A stretch of DNA of 57,251 bases from Octopus bimaculoides (taxonomy: Eukaryota). Below the pieces are notes generated by a model that saw nothing but the letters and a program-made list of their open reading frames with translations, searched no databases and was not told where the DNA came from. The stretch spans positions 166,994,159-167,051,409 of the forward strand of contig NC_068982.1 in the NCBI RefSeq assembly GCF_001194135.2. The letters run 5' to 3'. Made by a program: the position numbers and the translations under genes. Positions 25,301 to 36,495 of the stretch are shown in pieces. The number at the start of each line of letters is the position of its first letter. Position 1 is the stretch's first letter.

Positions 25301-27696
25301 AGTCGCTCAAGTTGCTAGAAACAGCAACTAAATCTCCTTTAAATCACACCTCACTGTCTTCAAAAGGACACAGTGGATTATGTGATTTTGTGTTCCTGCA
25401 CATAGAAACAAAGCAGGATGGTCATTATTAGAATGTCTTCAATCATAATTCTGTTCAATCAGTGCTAAACTGAGGCTAAAAAAACAAGAACAATAGGTTG
25501 ATAGTCAGCTGAGTCAGAGAGGTTACTCTTCTTAGGAATAGGACACACTGTCACGTGTATCCAAATATTGAGATAGATATCTATCAGAAAAACAGAGAGA
25601 ATGGAATCTTTGCAAAGGATAGCAAGCAGCTCTGAAGGTTATAGCATGAATAGAGATCATGGCTGGTGGATTGCTTATTTGAAGCAGAAGCATTTTTATC
25701 CTTGGCATATAAATGACAGTAAGATTGGAGAAGTGGTCTTTTACCAAATGTGTGCAATACGCTAATGGATTCAGACCAAGTAGCAAATATGGAAGCTTTC
25801 TCTCTGCAAATATTATCTATGCTCAGCAAGCTCATCACAGCTGAAGAAGTGATGGATAGTAGAATTCCACAAAGTTGATGGAAATCCTTTTTTGCAAGGA
25901 ACCAGAATGACCAGCTGCAGTATGAGAGATGGGTGTGCTTGTGTACCTTTTGCATTTTAGATGGTTGTCTTGCAGAAATTGGAAGTGGTAGCAGTGTTCT
26001 GAATATGTACTGTTGCAGCAGGTCTATGTGTGAGTGACTTAGGAGATTTAAGGTAATGGGTTTTGACTATGTGATAGGGATATGAAGGATCAAGCCTAAC
26101 AGGATGATTTTAAGCCACCTATTTAGCCATTTTCAATGAGTCAGTTATGAAGCACATGTGCTGCTTTGGATAGTTAGCACAGAACTGATGTAGCTCTGAT
26201 CAGTTGACTAATTTGATGTGCTATAAATTTTAGAAAGTAATGTGAAAGAATGGTTGTGGGTTTGGATGAGGGAGAGAATTAATCCAGATGAGACAATGCT
26301 TACACCCTTCTTGCAAAACTCTTGTTGATGCTTTGTCAACAAGAACATGAAGTGAGTTGTTTTTAACTAATTTTATCTAATGTTCTAATGAGACAGGTAG
26401 CTAAAGGAGATAAATGAATAAAGGTATGATTATCTATCTTGCGAAGGCTTCTAATATCGGCTTCTTAGATAGGTACAAGGCCACAAAACTTTAAGGTATG
26501 GATACTGTTGATTAAATTTCAATACAGAATGTAAAAAATATCCTAATTGTGAAAGACATGCTCATTTTTTATGGGGTATTTGCTGTTATTTATGGCAAAC
26601 TTTAAGTATAAGGTGATAGCTTTGCTTTCTCAAATCTAGCTGGTATCAGTGTTTGGTATATACAGAATTTGATTGATGCTGTGCTGCAACTAACTTGTTT
26701 GAAAGAATACTCTTTGATGCAATTTAGAATTATTTTTGCATGTTGTTGCTTAAGATAGGAGGATATGATTATAAGGAGATTTGGTTTCAATTTCTAGCAG
26801 GTTGAGGACCTCCTAGTTGGCTTTATCGTGAAATGAAATGATAAAAAGTATTCAATTAATTTTTTTATGAATTTATATATGAGAATAATTAATTAGTTTT
26901 CGTTTTTAAAAGGTAAAATAAAACCAATCTTGCACTCAATCTGGAGCCAGTATATATTCTCCCGCTGGTAGTCGGATCATTACTTACAACTGTGTAGAAA
27001 CATAAAATTCCAATTATGTACAGTTAGGTAACTCTAAGTAGTAAACACATGCAACTATGACAATTAGTGGTCGGCAAATATAACGAAGAACGGGGCTAAT
27101 CCGAAAATTTTTTTTTCAAAAACATGAATTTTTCAAGGAGAGGTGCGAAACTGCATTAGCCCTCGAAGAACTAATGGTCCCAAGTCACCTTAAATTTGAG
27201 AACGACTTTAAATGGTACGTTATAGTCTAAGATCGCCCTAAAGTGTGATCATTTCTATTAATTTATTTTTAGGGTGTAGAGGAAGAGAAATCATAAAGTA
27301 CTCTAACTATACAAGGGTACTACAGGTATGAAGTGCAATGAAAATCAAAACATTGTCGTAGATTCATTTGATTTATACCTCACCTCCGATTCTACGAGAC
27401 TAACAAAATATCCATACATATACAATAGAATTTAAAGTATCTATATATTATTAGCTCGATCTCAATTTTTATTCACCAAATCAATAACTCTGTAATTAAA
27501 GATTCCAGTCCCTCGTGAATGGCAAAGTAGATTTAACTTAACACAAAATCTTTCTTTTTCCATAATCTGAACCAAGTTCAATAAGTAATTCAGATACAGA
27601 GTTCAGGAATAAATTCTAAAAACATAAATAGAAGTAGAACTTTACCTTTGCCACTTTGGGCATTTTGGTTTTGCCTCCGGGAGTAATTTCAGCCAT
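5227..27696 (-). CDS. CRNKL1: Crooked neck-like protein 1 (HAT-repeat spliceosomal NTC/Prp19-complex factor), complete 16-exon CDS, 706 aa
   Basis: Hand-spliced exons: 27646-27696, 23544-23633, 22502-22564, 21454-21545, 20541-20624, 19201-19319, 17013-17135, 15139-15317, 13466-13627, 12184-12312, 10229-10441, 9194-9340, 8202-8396, 7694-7849, 6278-6370, 5227-5451. Sum is 2121 nt with consistent phases and no internal stop. Recognisable crooked-neck peptides: [81 protein letters not shown]...[11 protein letters not shown]. Confidence 0.97.
5675..5770 (+). repeat. (TG)n microsatellite with TC interruptions
   Basis: Direct reading. Confidence 0.9.
6278..6370 (-). CDS. CRNKL1: CRNKL1 exon 15 ([31 protein letters not shown])
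   Basis: ttgcag acceptor, gtaagt donor, 93 nt. Confidence 0.93.
6422..7064 (-). mobile_element. Two adjacent RTE-family 3' fragments (6422-6720 and 6726-7064)
   Basis: catcatcatcgtttaacgtccgctttccatgctagcatggg and a related subfamily tail. Confidence 0.78.
7694..7849 (-). CDS. CRNKL1: CRNKL1 exon 14 ([10 protein letters not shown]...[15 protein letters not shown])
   Basis: atatag acceptor, gtagga donor, 156 nt. Confidence 0.94.
8202..8396 (-). CDS. CRNKL1: CRNKL1 exon 13 ([21 protein letters not shown]...RTQHVK)
   Basis: ttttag acceptor, gtatgt donor, 195 nt. Confidence 0.95.
8650..8990 (+). mobile_element. RTE LINE 3' fragment
   Basis: Shared terminal sequence, (GAT)n tail. Confidence 0.8.
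9194..9340 (-). CDS. CRNKL1: CRNKL1 exon 12 ([30 protein letters not shown]...WMK)
   Basis: ttacag acceptor, gtaagc donor, 147 nt. Confidence 0.95.
10229..10441 (-). CDS. CRNKL1: CRNKL1 exon 11 ([16 protein letters not shown]...ARKIL)
   Basis: ttacag acceptor, gtaagt donor, 213 nt. Confidence 0.95.
11155..11246 (+). repeat. (GA)n microsatellite
   Basis: Direct reading. Confidence 0.9.
12184..12312 (-). CDS. CRNKL1: CRNKL1 exon 10 ([20 protein letters not shown]...NVPPSQ)
   Basis: ttgcag acceptor, gtctgt donor, 129 nt. Confidence 0.95.
12608..12810 (-). mobile_element. Degenerate RTE LINE 3' fragment
   Basis: gctagcatgggttgaacgatttgact...ctggacgcccttcctagtgccaaccac. Confidence 0.7.
13466..13627 (-). 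CDS. CRNKL1: CRNKL1 exon 9 ([13 protein letters not shown]...SKRRFQYEE)
   Basis: ttacag acceptor, gtaggg donor, 162 nt. Confidence 0.95.
15139..15317 (-). CDS. CRNKL1: CRNKL1 exon 8 ([19 protein letters not shown]...FEEGQKE), preceded by an AC acceptor
   Basis: TTCCTTGAC-ttaaatc-AC acceptor; gtaggt donor; 179 nt. Confidence 0.93.
15318..17012 (-). other. U12-type (minor spliceosome) AT-AC intron, 1695 bp
   Basis: 5' end ATATCCTTT (17012-17004), branch motif TTCCTTGAC (15335-15327), 3' end AC (15319-15318). Splicing restores T|TT = Phe in YERFVYVHP. Confidence 0.93.
17013..17135 (-). CDS. CRNKL1: CRNKL1 exon 7 ([11 protein letters not shown]...RARAIYER), followed by a U12 AT donor
   Basis: cttcag acceptor; ends GAA CGA T|ATATCCTTT, 123 nt. 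Confidence 0.93.
17234..17497 (+). mobile_element. RTE LINE 3' fragment
   Basis: Shared terminal sequence, (GAT)n tail. Confidence 0.8.
17774..18341. mobile_element. 568-bp MITE (8-bp TSD, hAT-like) with a central telomeric hairpin
   Basis: 37-bp TIRs (17774-17810 / 18305-18341, 1 mismatch), TSD CAAGTTTT (17766-17773 / 18342-18349), inner 21-bp perfect IR, central (CCCTAA)/(TTAGGG) palindrome. Confidence 0.88.
19201..19319 (-). CDS. CRNKL1: CRNKL1 exon 6 ([39 protein letters not shown])
   Basis: tttcag acceptor, gtaaat donor, 119 nt. Confidence 0.95.
19500..20323 (+). mobile_element. RTE-clade LINE 3' part with RT C-terminal ORF remnant and (GAT)n tail (spans the N gap)
   Basis: MLRWMC...[14 protein letters not shown]...[10 protein letters not shown] followed by the common ccaacccatgctagcatggaaagcggacgttaaacgatgat tail. 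Confidence 0.85.
19872..20086. other. Assembly gap (215 N)
   Basis: N run; a second 10-N gap is at 30212-30221. Confidence 0.99.
20541..20624 (-). CDS. CRNKL1: CRNKL1 exon 5 ([27 protein letters not shown])
   Basis: ctgcag acceptor, gtaagt donor, 84 nt. Confidence 0.95.
21454..21545 (-). CDS. CRNKL1: CRNKL1 exon 4 ([30 protein letters not shown])
   Basis: tttcag acceptor, gtttct donor, 92 nt, ends phase 2. Confidence 0.95.
22502..22564 (-). CDS. CRNKL1: CRNKL1 exon 3 ([21 protein letters not shown])
   Basis: ttgtag acceptor, gtaagt donor, 63 nt. Confidence 0.95.
23544..23633 (-). CDS. CRNKL1: CRNKL1 exon 2 ([30 protein letters not shown])
   Basis: tttcag acceptor, gtaagt donor, 90 nt. Confidence 0.96.
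23651..24595 (+). mobile_element. 5'-truncated CR1/L2-type LINE (RT C-terminal half), degenerate
   Basis: [12 protein letters not shown]...[27 protein letters not shown] (YADD motif region); downstream broken frames include WILRTFKTR and ISYWERL. Confidence 0.78.
24678..25063 (-). mobile_element. Full-length tRNA-headed SINE (family B) with an 11-bp TSD
   Basis: A box TGGTCCAGTGG, B box GGTTTCGATTCC; TSD TGTTAGATAGC at 24667-24677 and 25064-25074. Confidence 0.88.
27646..27696 (-). CDS. CRNKL1: CRNKL1 coding exon 1 ([17 protein letters not shown])
   Basis: ATG at 27696, AAG|GTAAAG donor, phase 0; CpG-rich surroundings. Confidence 0.93.
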
Positions 27697-28174
27697 GGTT
27701 TCAAATTCCGTGTAAATAGAACAAACTGAACTCCAACTGGAGATGTTTGACTCTTTTAACAATCAAGGGAGATCAACGAGCTGGTTACATATATCTACGG
27801 ATGCTCATAAGTGAAAAAATGTTTTATAAAATGAAATAAAGTGTATTTTCTTGATGTATGCAAGTTTGTTTTCGGAGTAGGGAAATAGATAATTGTAAAA
27901 ACGATTATTAACGTAAGTGCATTGAAAGCAGTAGTTCCAACTTCATATTAAATTAAGATTTCAGCTTTCCCAGGAAGGTAACTATTGCTCTCTAATGCTT
28001 GTCTGGATAAAAGAATATATCTTGATTTCTTATTAATTTGTCAAAATACCAAGGATTAAGGAAAATGTGACATTATGATTTATAGGATATAGACCATTTG
28101 ATGTTTGTGGTTTACTTTTGCTCGGTAGCAAAATTAAAAGAAGTAAGTCTTCAAACAAAGGCAGTTGTCACAAT

Positions 28175-28500
28175 CATCATCATCGTCGTCGTTTAACGTC
28201 CGCCTTCGATGTTGGCATGGGTTGGACGGTTTGACAGGAGCTGACCAAGCGGAAGCCTGCACCGTGTTTCTGTGTCAGTTTTGGCATGGTTTTTACGGCT
28301 GGATGCCCTTCCCAACACCAACCACTTCGTAGAGTGAGTTGAATGTTTTTAATGTAGCACTCACACAGGCAAGGCCAGTTTTGGCATGGCTTATACAGCA
28401 GGATGCCCTTCCAAATGCCAACCAGTTTACAGTGTGGAGTGGGTGCTTTTTAAGTGGTACCTGCACTGGCGGGGTCATCAAGTAACTTTGCCAGACAAAG
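28175..28500 (-). mobile_element. RTE-family 3' fragment (related subfamily)
   Basis: cgtttaacgtccgccttc...ggcatgggttggacggtttgacagg...gctggatgcccttcc. Confidence 0.72.
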
Positions 28501-29465
28501 AGACTTTGAGAGAGAAGGAGGCATTGGAGGAGATAATCTTATCCGGATGATGAAAGATTAGAGTGTAACAGAGAGGCAGAAATAGATGCCTTGCTGTAGA
28601 GGAGGTCCATGGTTACCCAGCCAGAGAGAGGAAGAGAAAGAGAGCGAGAGTTAACAAAATGAGAACCAAAACAGTTACCTAGAGAGAGAGTGGGAGTTAA
28701 CAAGAGATGTGCTGCTGTAAAAGAGATACAGGGTTACCTGGACAGAGGTAAGGGCAAGGGAAGGAGGAAGAGAGAGAGAGAGATCAAAGATGAGGACAGA
28801 AATAGGTTTGTTGCTGTAGAGGATATACATGATTACTCGGCCAGAGGGGAGAGCAGGGGAAAGAGAGAAAGAATAGGAGACAGCAAGAGCAGGAAAGGGA
28901 TGGCGGCAAGTGACAGGGTATACTTGCAAGGTACAGGGATCAGAGTATAAATGGGATGGTAGAGTAAGGAAGAGAGAGATGAATGGTGGCAGGGTATCAC
29001 CAAGGAGTTGCAAGTTGGGAGTGGGAAGATGCAGTGACTGGCAAGAATGTGGGTATATAGTGGGAGAGGGGAAGCAATGATACAGTGAGCAGGGTAGTGA
29101 AGACTGGGTTGGGGAGTATGAGATAAACATAGTGTATGAAGTGGAAATGTAAGGAAGAGAAGAGAAACAGTTTGTGAAGAGGGCAGATATAGTTGGGTTT
29201 GTTGGAGTAGGGTGTGTGAAAGTTTTATTGTTATACGTGGGTGGGACACAACACTTCTATAACTCAGGTTCACTGACATACATTAGGAGTGAGAAAATTA
29301 ATGTTGATGCATATAGAAAAATGTGTCCAAATGTAAAAAAAGTATGCAAATATATGCATGCGCTTATACCAAAACGAAATAAAAGATGAGAAAACTTATG
29401 CAGTCATATAATCACGCGGAGATATATGGGTAGACATGCACACGTGTGTGTGTATATATATATAT

Positions 29466-29750
29466 ATCATTATCGTTTAACGTCCGCTTTCCATGCTAGC
29501 ATTGGTTGGACGATTTGACTGAAGACTGGCAAGCCAGAAGGCTGCACAAGGCTCCAATCTGATCTGGCAGAGTTTTTACAGCTGGATGCCCTTCCTGACG
29601 CCAACCACTCTGAGAGTGTAGTGGGTGCTTTTACATGCTACCGGCATGAGGGCCAGTCACACGGTACTGGTAACAGCCATGCTCAAATGGTGTTTTTTAC
29701 ATGCCACCTGCAAGGGAGCCAGTCCAGCGGCACTGGCAACGACCTCGCTC
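29466..29750 (-). mobile_element. RTE LINE 3' fragment
   Basis: Shared terminal sequence. Confidence 0.78.
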
Positions 29751-29837
29751 GAATATATATATGTGCCTCCCTGCAAAAAGGAATTGATACACACAACTAC
29801 ACACACAGAGCAGAGATGGAGAATATGTGTGTGTGTG

Positions 29838-29872
<35 letters not shown>

Positions 29873-30020
29873 CCACTCTATACTCATCTAACATTGTGTT
29901 CTGGACCATATGTATATTGAGTTTATTGGTCTCGCTATACTTAAGTGAAATATGTATGTATGTACGTACATACGTATGTATGCATGCATGTATGGATGGA
30001 TATGAGCCAGCCACCATGAT

Positions 30021-30211
30021 TGAGCCCCTAACTCCAAAAGTTTTTTTTATTCTCTCTCTGTTTATTTCCTTGTGTTTCTTTCTGTTGAAAAGCGGAGGCT
30101 CGAAATGTAAAAGACCTTCTCACCTTCCCAAGCGTTAAACTAATACACCTGTTTGTTGTTTATACACCTGTCTTTGTCTTTTGTTTTTCTGCAAATTTCA
30201 ACTATATATAT
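30021..30211 (+). mobile_element. Short interspersed element with a hammerhead-like motif (CUGUUGA core), copy 1
   Basis: Homologous to 46801-46990 (ctctctctgtttattt...tttctgttga...tttgttgtt...tacac...gtctttgtcttttgttttt...ctatata); motif at 30077-30114. Confidence 0.6.
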
Positions 30212-32699
30212 NNNNNNNNNNTATATATATCAGTAAAATTGTAGTTGTGGTCAGTACCAGTGACATATAAAAGATAACCATAAAAGGTACCATGCTAGTG
30301 ACACATATACGGCACCCACTACACACTATGGAGTGGTTGGCATGAGGAAGGGCATCCAGCCATAGAAAACAAACTAAAACAGACTGGAGCCTGTTGCAGC
30401 TCTCCTACATACCAGTTTCAGTCAAACCATCTAACCCATGCCAGCATGGAAAATGTATCAGCATGACTGATACTTTATTTTATTGCCCCTCAGCCCCAAA
30501 AGATTAAAAGGATTGACCTCAGTAGAATTTGAATTCAAAATGTAAAGAATCAAAACAAATGCCACAAAGCATTTTGTCCGATGCTCTGAGTCTACCAAAA
30601 CAATAATAGCCTCAAACCAAAGCCTGCCATCATCAAAAGGAAAAATACATTAGATAACATAATCTTGGATAGTCTGAAAAATTAGATTGAGTAGTCATGG
30701 TTGGAATGCTTTGATATTATTAAGATCATAGTAGACCTGTGGCTAAACAACAACTTTAATGCTAGAACAGAAAAACTGGAATAGTCATGTAAAGAAAAAA
30801 GAAATAGAGTTCAAGCATCTAAATGAGTGAACCTGTATGTAATGCAGTTTGTACCAAATGTTCAGAAAATCAAAATTATTGCAAGCTGAATCAATAAAAT
30901 ATTAGACAAACAGCCAAGAGATCAGTGGCTGGTATATCTCTCAATAATGCAATCTAATGACTCACAATTACATCTCATCTTAGCAACAAATACGTAAGAC
31001 CTCTACCAGTCAAGGTTGAACAAACATTTGCACTTGTGTGCAAACTGAGCAAGATTCTTAGAGGAAGATTAGCAGTTGCCCATGCATGCAAGTCTTTTCT
31101 CTCAACACCACCAATGTTTATTCAAAGGAGAGGCTACTAACTTTAACTGCTTGCAACAGAATAGACTCTTCTAAAAGTACCCAATATGTCAGGTGTTGGA
31201 TTAGGTAAAGTACTTTAATATATTACTGGTACATATTTGTTTAGTCTAAAAGACTACGAGGCAATGAGGGGATATCGCTGTTTGTTAAGCCTGCTAAAAA
31301 TAGATGCCAAATCTACCTCAGATTGCACCAATGTCTTGAAAATAGAGGAACATATGTGATAATGTAAAGGAAAGGACTGGATGGTCCTGTCTCTGCTAGA
31401 GCTGGTCCAGTTTCATTGCAGTTGCCACAGTCAGAATACACAAAGCTGAAACTGATGCCACAAGACATCTTACTGAACCATTTAACACTTCTCCCAATCC
31501 ACCATTCTGGATTGGTGCTTTGATAATGAAAGGATGAATGCCAAAGTTGACCTCAGCGAGATTTGGACTCAGAGAACAGAACCAGAGCAAAGACCATGAA
31601 ACATTCTAACCAACACTTGAATGACTTTGCCAATTCACTATCCTGATAAGAAACATAATTTTTGAATGAAATCGTTTTCAACCATTTTCCTTTGTTGCTT
31701 AGCTTGTTTCAACAAAGAATTAAGTCAAACAAGAATTCCAGACTGGCCGAGTCATCATTATCGTTAATAGTCTGATTTAGCTTACATTAATTAAATTCAG
31801 TTCTACAGCTTCTTTATGAGGAATGTGTAGGCAAAAATAGGCAAAAGTAGGCAAAAACAGACATTCTGAAAGTGGATCAGGAGATTGAGAAAAAAATATA
31901 TTGTACATAGTAATGAGCTGTACATCTCCAACTATGGTGATGTTAAAAATATATAAAGTTAGAAATATAGAACTGGTCAATTGATAAGGCCTCACAAGAA
32001 TAGTCAAAGATGAACAAGAAACAGAGAAAATTTCTAGACGAAGCACCTGATAAACTTTGCATTGTGGGTACTATATTACAATATCTAATAGATTACAGCA
32101 ACTTAATTTATCAGATCAACTCTCAGGAGTCGGAGAGCTTCACAGAAGCTATGATGAAAGCCAAGCAGAAGATTACTGTTTGTCAGCTAAACCCATCCAA
32201 CCCTTGCAAGTATGGAAAAGTGCAGTGTTTTTCATAGAATGGAGAAGCTGAGAGGATTGGAAAGACTAAATTTTTAAATTTGCCCAACGCCTAAACAAAG
32301 TAAGAAAAATTATGTGGATGCAAATATCAACATTGTTTTTTGTGTGAGTTATGATTAACAATGAAGGAGGGGTGAATTCCATTAATGGTTTTGGTGGGAG
32401 GCTCTAGTATTTATCCATTTGATAACCACGAAGAAAGTGAACTTTAATATGATAATGAGGAGAAAGAGGGTAGTAATAAAATTATGCAAATGTTATGATA
32501 AAACAGTTGCTAGCCTGATCACATGTAACCAACTATGTAAATGTAAAGATTGGTTAATACATTGGAAAATATGCTCTGCAAGTCAATGAAACGGTACTAG
32601 CACAAGACAAAACTACTGAGCAATTAAGATCAATCTTTTTCTCCAAAGAGTCTTTCGGATAGTAAAGAAATGTGTGGGCAACACCCTCTATTGTAAAAC

Positions 32700-32936
32700 G
32701 ACAACGCGGAAGTTGATATTCTGACGGAGAGAAATAACAAGTATATTGTTAAGTATAAAATAAAACAAAAGAACAGTTTGTTAAGGCAAGCACGGAAGTA
32801 AAACAACTGACATAGTAAACAAAGGAAAATAATAATAATAAAAGAGATTATGTCTTTTCGGCGGTTCTGTAGTTGGTGACTGACTAAAACGCGACTTCCG
32901 GTTTCCATTGATGGCAGACGTCACAGCAATGTGAGA
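32700..32936 (+). promoter_or_regulatory. CpG-rich promoter-like segment with three ETS-type sites; candidate AUP1 start
   Basis: CGGAAGT at 32707-32713 and 32793-32799, ACTTCCGG at 32894-32901, then ATG at 32911 and an AT|GTGAGA donor at 32930/32931. Confidence 0.5.
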
Positions 32937-35701
32937 CTATAACCATACACAAGACATATGTGTGTATGTGTGTAAAAATATATATGTATATATATACAAT
33001 TATACACACATATATACACACAACAGAATTGCAGCTTCTTTCCTACGAACAAACATGAGTAACATAAAAATTGAAAAACTCTTCAATTTTCAAAGGTAAT
33101 GTTCAGGTTTTTTTACTGAAACTGAATTTGTTTTTCTGTTTTGTCCTTTTCTTATTTCATAATTTTTTATTATTTTTCACTCAAAACACATAGTGGCATT
33201 TTGTTTGTTGAAGACCTTCCGCTTGACGTATTTATATATCAAATGCGATCACCATTATTATTGTTACTATTTTAGCATTATTAATATTCTTTCTCTCATG
33301 AATATTTTTTGGTTCATCCTATTCCATTACGAACTGCCTTTGGCAACAAGCAAACGAAACCTGTTTGCAAATTCTGGAAGATTCTTTAACGAAGTTGAAG
33401 TTCGCCAATCCATAATTCTAATTAGATAGTCAACACTAATGCGCTGAATTAAATATATTTCAAACGTTCCACCCCTCTTGTTTCTTGGTTCAAATCTCGT
33501 CTGGGTCAACTGCTACCTTTGCTTTATCCTGAGGGTCTTAAACGAAGTAACTGTCAATTGTTTTGTTGTTATTGCTTAACCCCAGGTCGGCTCTAATTGA
33601 GCAGACATGATCGAATGCATTCAAACCTAGAAACCGTCTCACATTTTGTATATATCTTTCTCTGCAAAAGTTGCTTGTGTGCCTTAGTAAAAAAATTAAT
33701 ACATATGTTTAATAACATAATTCAAAATGATAACTTCGTTCATAGACACCGAACAGCAATTTTGAAGGACATGTTTTAGCAGATTGAGAATTCAGTGATG
33801 ATCATCTCTTTCTTCAATGTGTTAATGTTGCTAATGAAGTGAAGGGACTTCAACAGAGACTCGACCCTGGACATCGTTTCAGTTCGATGAGCACTCGTTC
33901 TTTCTTTAATAATAATATATATAACCTGGTAATACATAAAACGCCACGCGTCTCTTCCTTTCACTGTGTGCAGCACAAAAAGTATCAGAAAGACAGGTAT
34001 TGGAATTGATTCTATTTATTTATTCAAATAATAGAGAATCTTACGATATTCTGCTATTACCCGTTATTTCTGTTAACCACCCAGTAATAAAAAGGTTGGA
34101 AGGAATCGTCGTCGCTGTCACGGCATTATATGCCATTGTTTTTCTGCGTGTAAACAGAAGACAGCATGTGAGGTGAAGTCTTAGTAAAAATAAATAAATA
34201 AATAAAATAAACAGCCGGTAAAACCTCACATATGTGATATAGTGAGTTCAAAAGACTTCAGTCGAATGAGCTTATCTAAACGATAAGTAGACAAAAACTC
34301 CCTCTATGGATGCTAAGATTTAAAAACAAACAAAAAAGATAACAAGTGAAATCAGTTGCACAATTTAACACCACCACCTTGCTTTTGAATGCCTTTAGTG
34401 GAGTCCAATCTGTTAGAAGCATTTAGGCTAGGTCTCTGACTTTTGGGGATATATTCTTCCCTCTCTCTCCCAACTTGTTCTGGCAGTCCTCAAAAAGAGT
34501 CATAAGCACTGCTCTTCATCCTGAATAAGCAATAAAAAATGCAGATTGGAGTGAATTTTGTTTAAAAAGTCAACTGGTGAAAGTATTTGATATGTTCCAG
34601 TCTTATTAGATTTCCTCAGTGAAACATATCCAGCTCAGTTGTCAAAATTAAGAGAAACCAGTATGTATATATTAAAAAGACAGAACAGTGATTATGTATA
34701 TCAACAATATGGTTGAGGGAAACTACCTGAGGAGAATGTTCTGTATACTAAATATATATGCTGTATGATCTCACACATGTAATCTAGTGAATTAAAAACA
34801 ACTTTGATTAACTGAGATTATCCAAGAATTGTAAGATTTTTGCTTAGCATTCATGTGGTTTGGGATTTGTATAGGTGCAGGCCTGGCTGTGTGGTTTAGA
34901 AGTTAATTTTGCAGTCACAAGTTTTCTAGTTTGTTCTCTCACTGCTTGATGCCATGGGCAAATGAGTTTCACTTACTGCCTTGGGCTGAACAATGCTTTG
35001 TGAGTGAAATTAGTTGAGAGAAGCTGTTCAGAAGCCTCTTGTTGCACATATGTTTGTATGTGTGTTTTCTCCATTTGTATTTTGACATAGTTTGCACACT
35101 GTAAAACAGGCTGTTGCTATTTATACCAGCAGCAAAAACAGGTCTAGTTATTGAGTGATCCATTTAAAAAAAAAAAAAAAAAAAAAAATATTAATTATTT
35201 TGAAACAAGTAAGCATTGAACCATAGAAAAGTCTTGTCTAACCCATGCTACCATGCAAAAAGTAAACATTGAAACGAATATAATATGATCAAAACTGAAA
35301 TGCACTCGACATCTAAGATCATCCCATTGTTGGAAAGAGAAAGATGGTGAGGGGATAGTGATAGAAGACTGGTGCAACAAAGTATGGAAAGACTGTGATA
35401 AATGATTATAGATAGGGATTGAGGTGGGCACTGAATGTCAGTTTAGAGGATAGAGAATGTAAGAAATAGGAGTGGGTTAGGGGGAGAGGAGGCACTGATA
35501 AAGGAGAGTAGTAGGGATACAATGTGAAGTGTAAGGGGGATAAATGGTATCATTTACAGTATTTGAGTGAGTAGTACCATAGTTAGAAAATTGTTGGAGG
35601 AATGTGTGTTAGAAGAGTTGTGGGGGGAGAGCTTGACAGTACCTCATTTTTTTTTATGAGATAAATGGATTTTTTCAAGCACAGCATATCACCATTCTTT
35701 C

Positions 35702-36470
35702 TTAGTGCTCTATCAGCTCTTCCTTGAGGTTCAAAATTTTGAGGATTAGCTTCACTATTTTATCCCATGCCTTCTTCAGACTCCCTCTTCCACAAATTCC
35801 ATCCACATTTAGCAGTACGCAATTGATACAGCTGTCCTCATCCGTATGCATCATAATACCATACCAGCACAGTCTTCTCTCTTGCATACAGCATCTAATG
35901 TCTTTTAACAAATTTGTAAATTGTGGTACATGCACACTAGCATTGCACATTCTGTGGAGCATGCTAGCTTTTCTTTTTAGTCTTTTCATGTCCTTTGCAT
36001 TCACAGCCAAAGTTACACAACCATGTAGCACTGTTGTTTTTACATAAGCATCATACAATCTGCCTTTCATTCTGAGAGATAGATCTTTTGTTACCGACAG
36101 AGGTAATTGCTCTCTGAACTTTCTCCAACCAGTTCTTATTCTAGCAGCTATACTTCAGCACTTCCTCTTGGTTTTAGGATATCAATTCTGTTCTGGTGGG
36201 AAGCAATGCACCACATATCTCAGTCCTCTATCATCTCCTTCGTAAGGCTAAGCATTTTGAGATTGAATTTCAATATTACTTCATCCCATTTCTTTCTGGG
36301 TTTCCCTCTTCAACAACTAACTTCCACTTTAAGTGCTCGACACTTTTTATGCAACTGTCCTCATCCATCTGCATCATTTGACCAAACCAGTGCAGTCTTC
36401 TCTCTTGCACACTGCATATAATTCCTCTTATGCCCAACTTTTCTCTAAATACACAAATGCACTGTTGCAT
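35702..36470 (-). mobile_element. Two degenerate RTE RT C-terminal fragments
   Basis: MKGRLYDAYVKTTVLHG...QERRLCWYG...GRGSLKKAWD and QERRLHWFGQMMQMDEDSCIK. Confidence 0.75.
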
Positions 36471-36495
36471 ATGTGTGTGTGTGAACTTATATATA

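Noticed and set aside
25500-26400. Minus-strand ORFs 25532-25786 and 25584-25955
   Set aside because: No recognisable domain; probably an ancient retroelement remnant, which cannot be classified by eye.
31990-32250. ORFs 32010-32237 and 32057-32251
   Set aside because: They look like decayed LINE RT sequence (KLCIVGTILQYL...SGV); no splice or family support as a gene.
33776-34229. Short ORFs on both strands (MAYNAVTATT..., MSRVESLLKS..., EGIVVAVTALYAIVF...) as a protein gene
   Set aside because: No recognisable family. The plus-strand join needs a 38-nt intron. Kept only as part of the CpG-island note.
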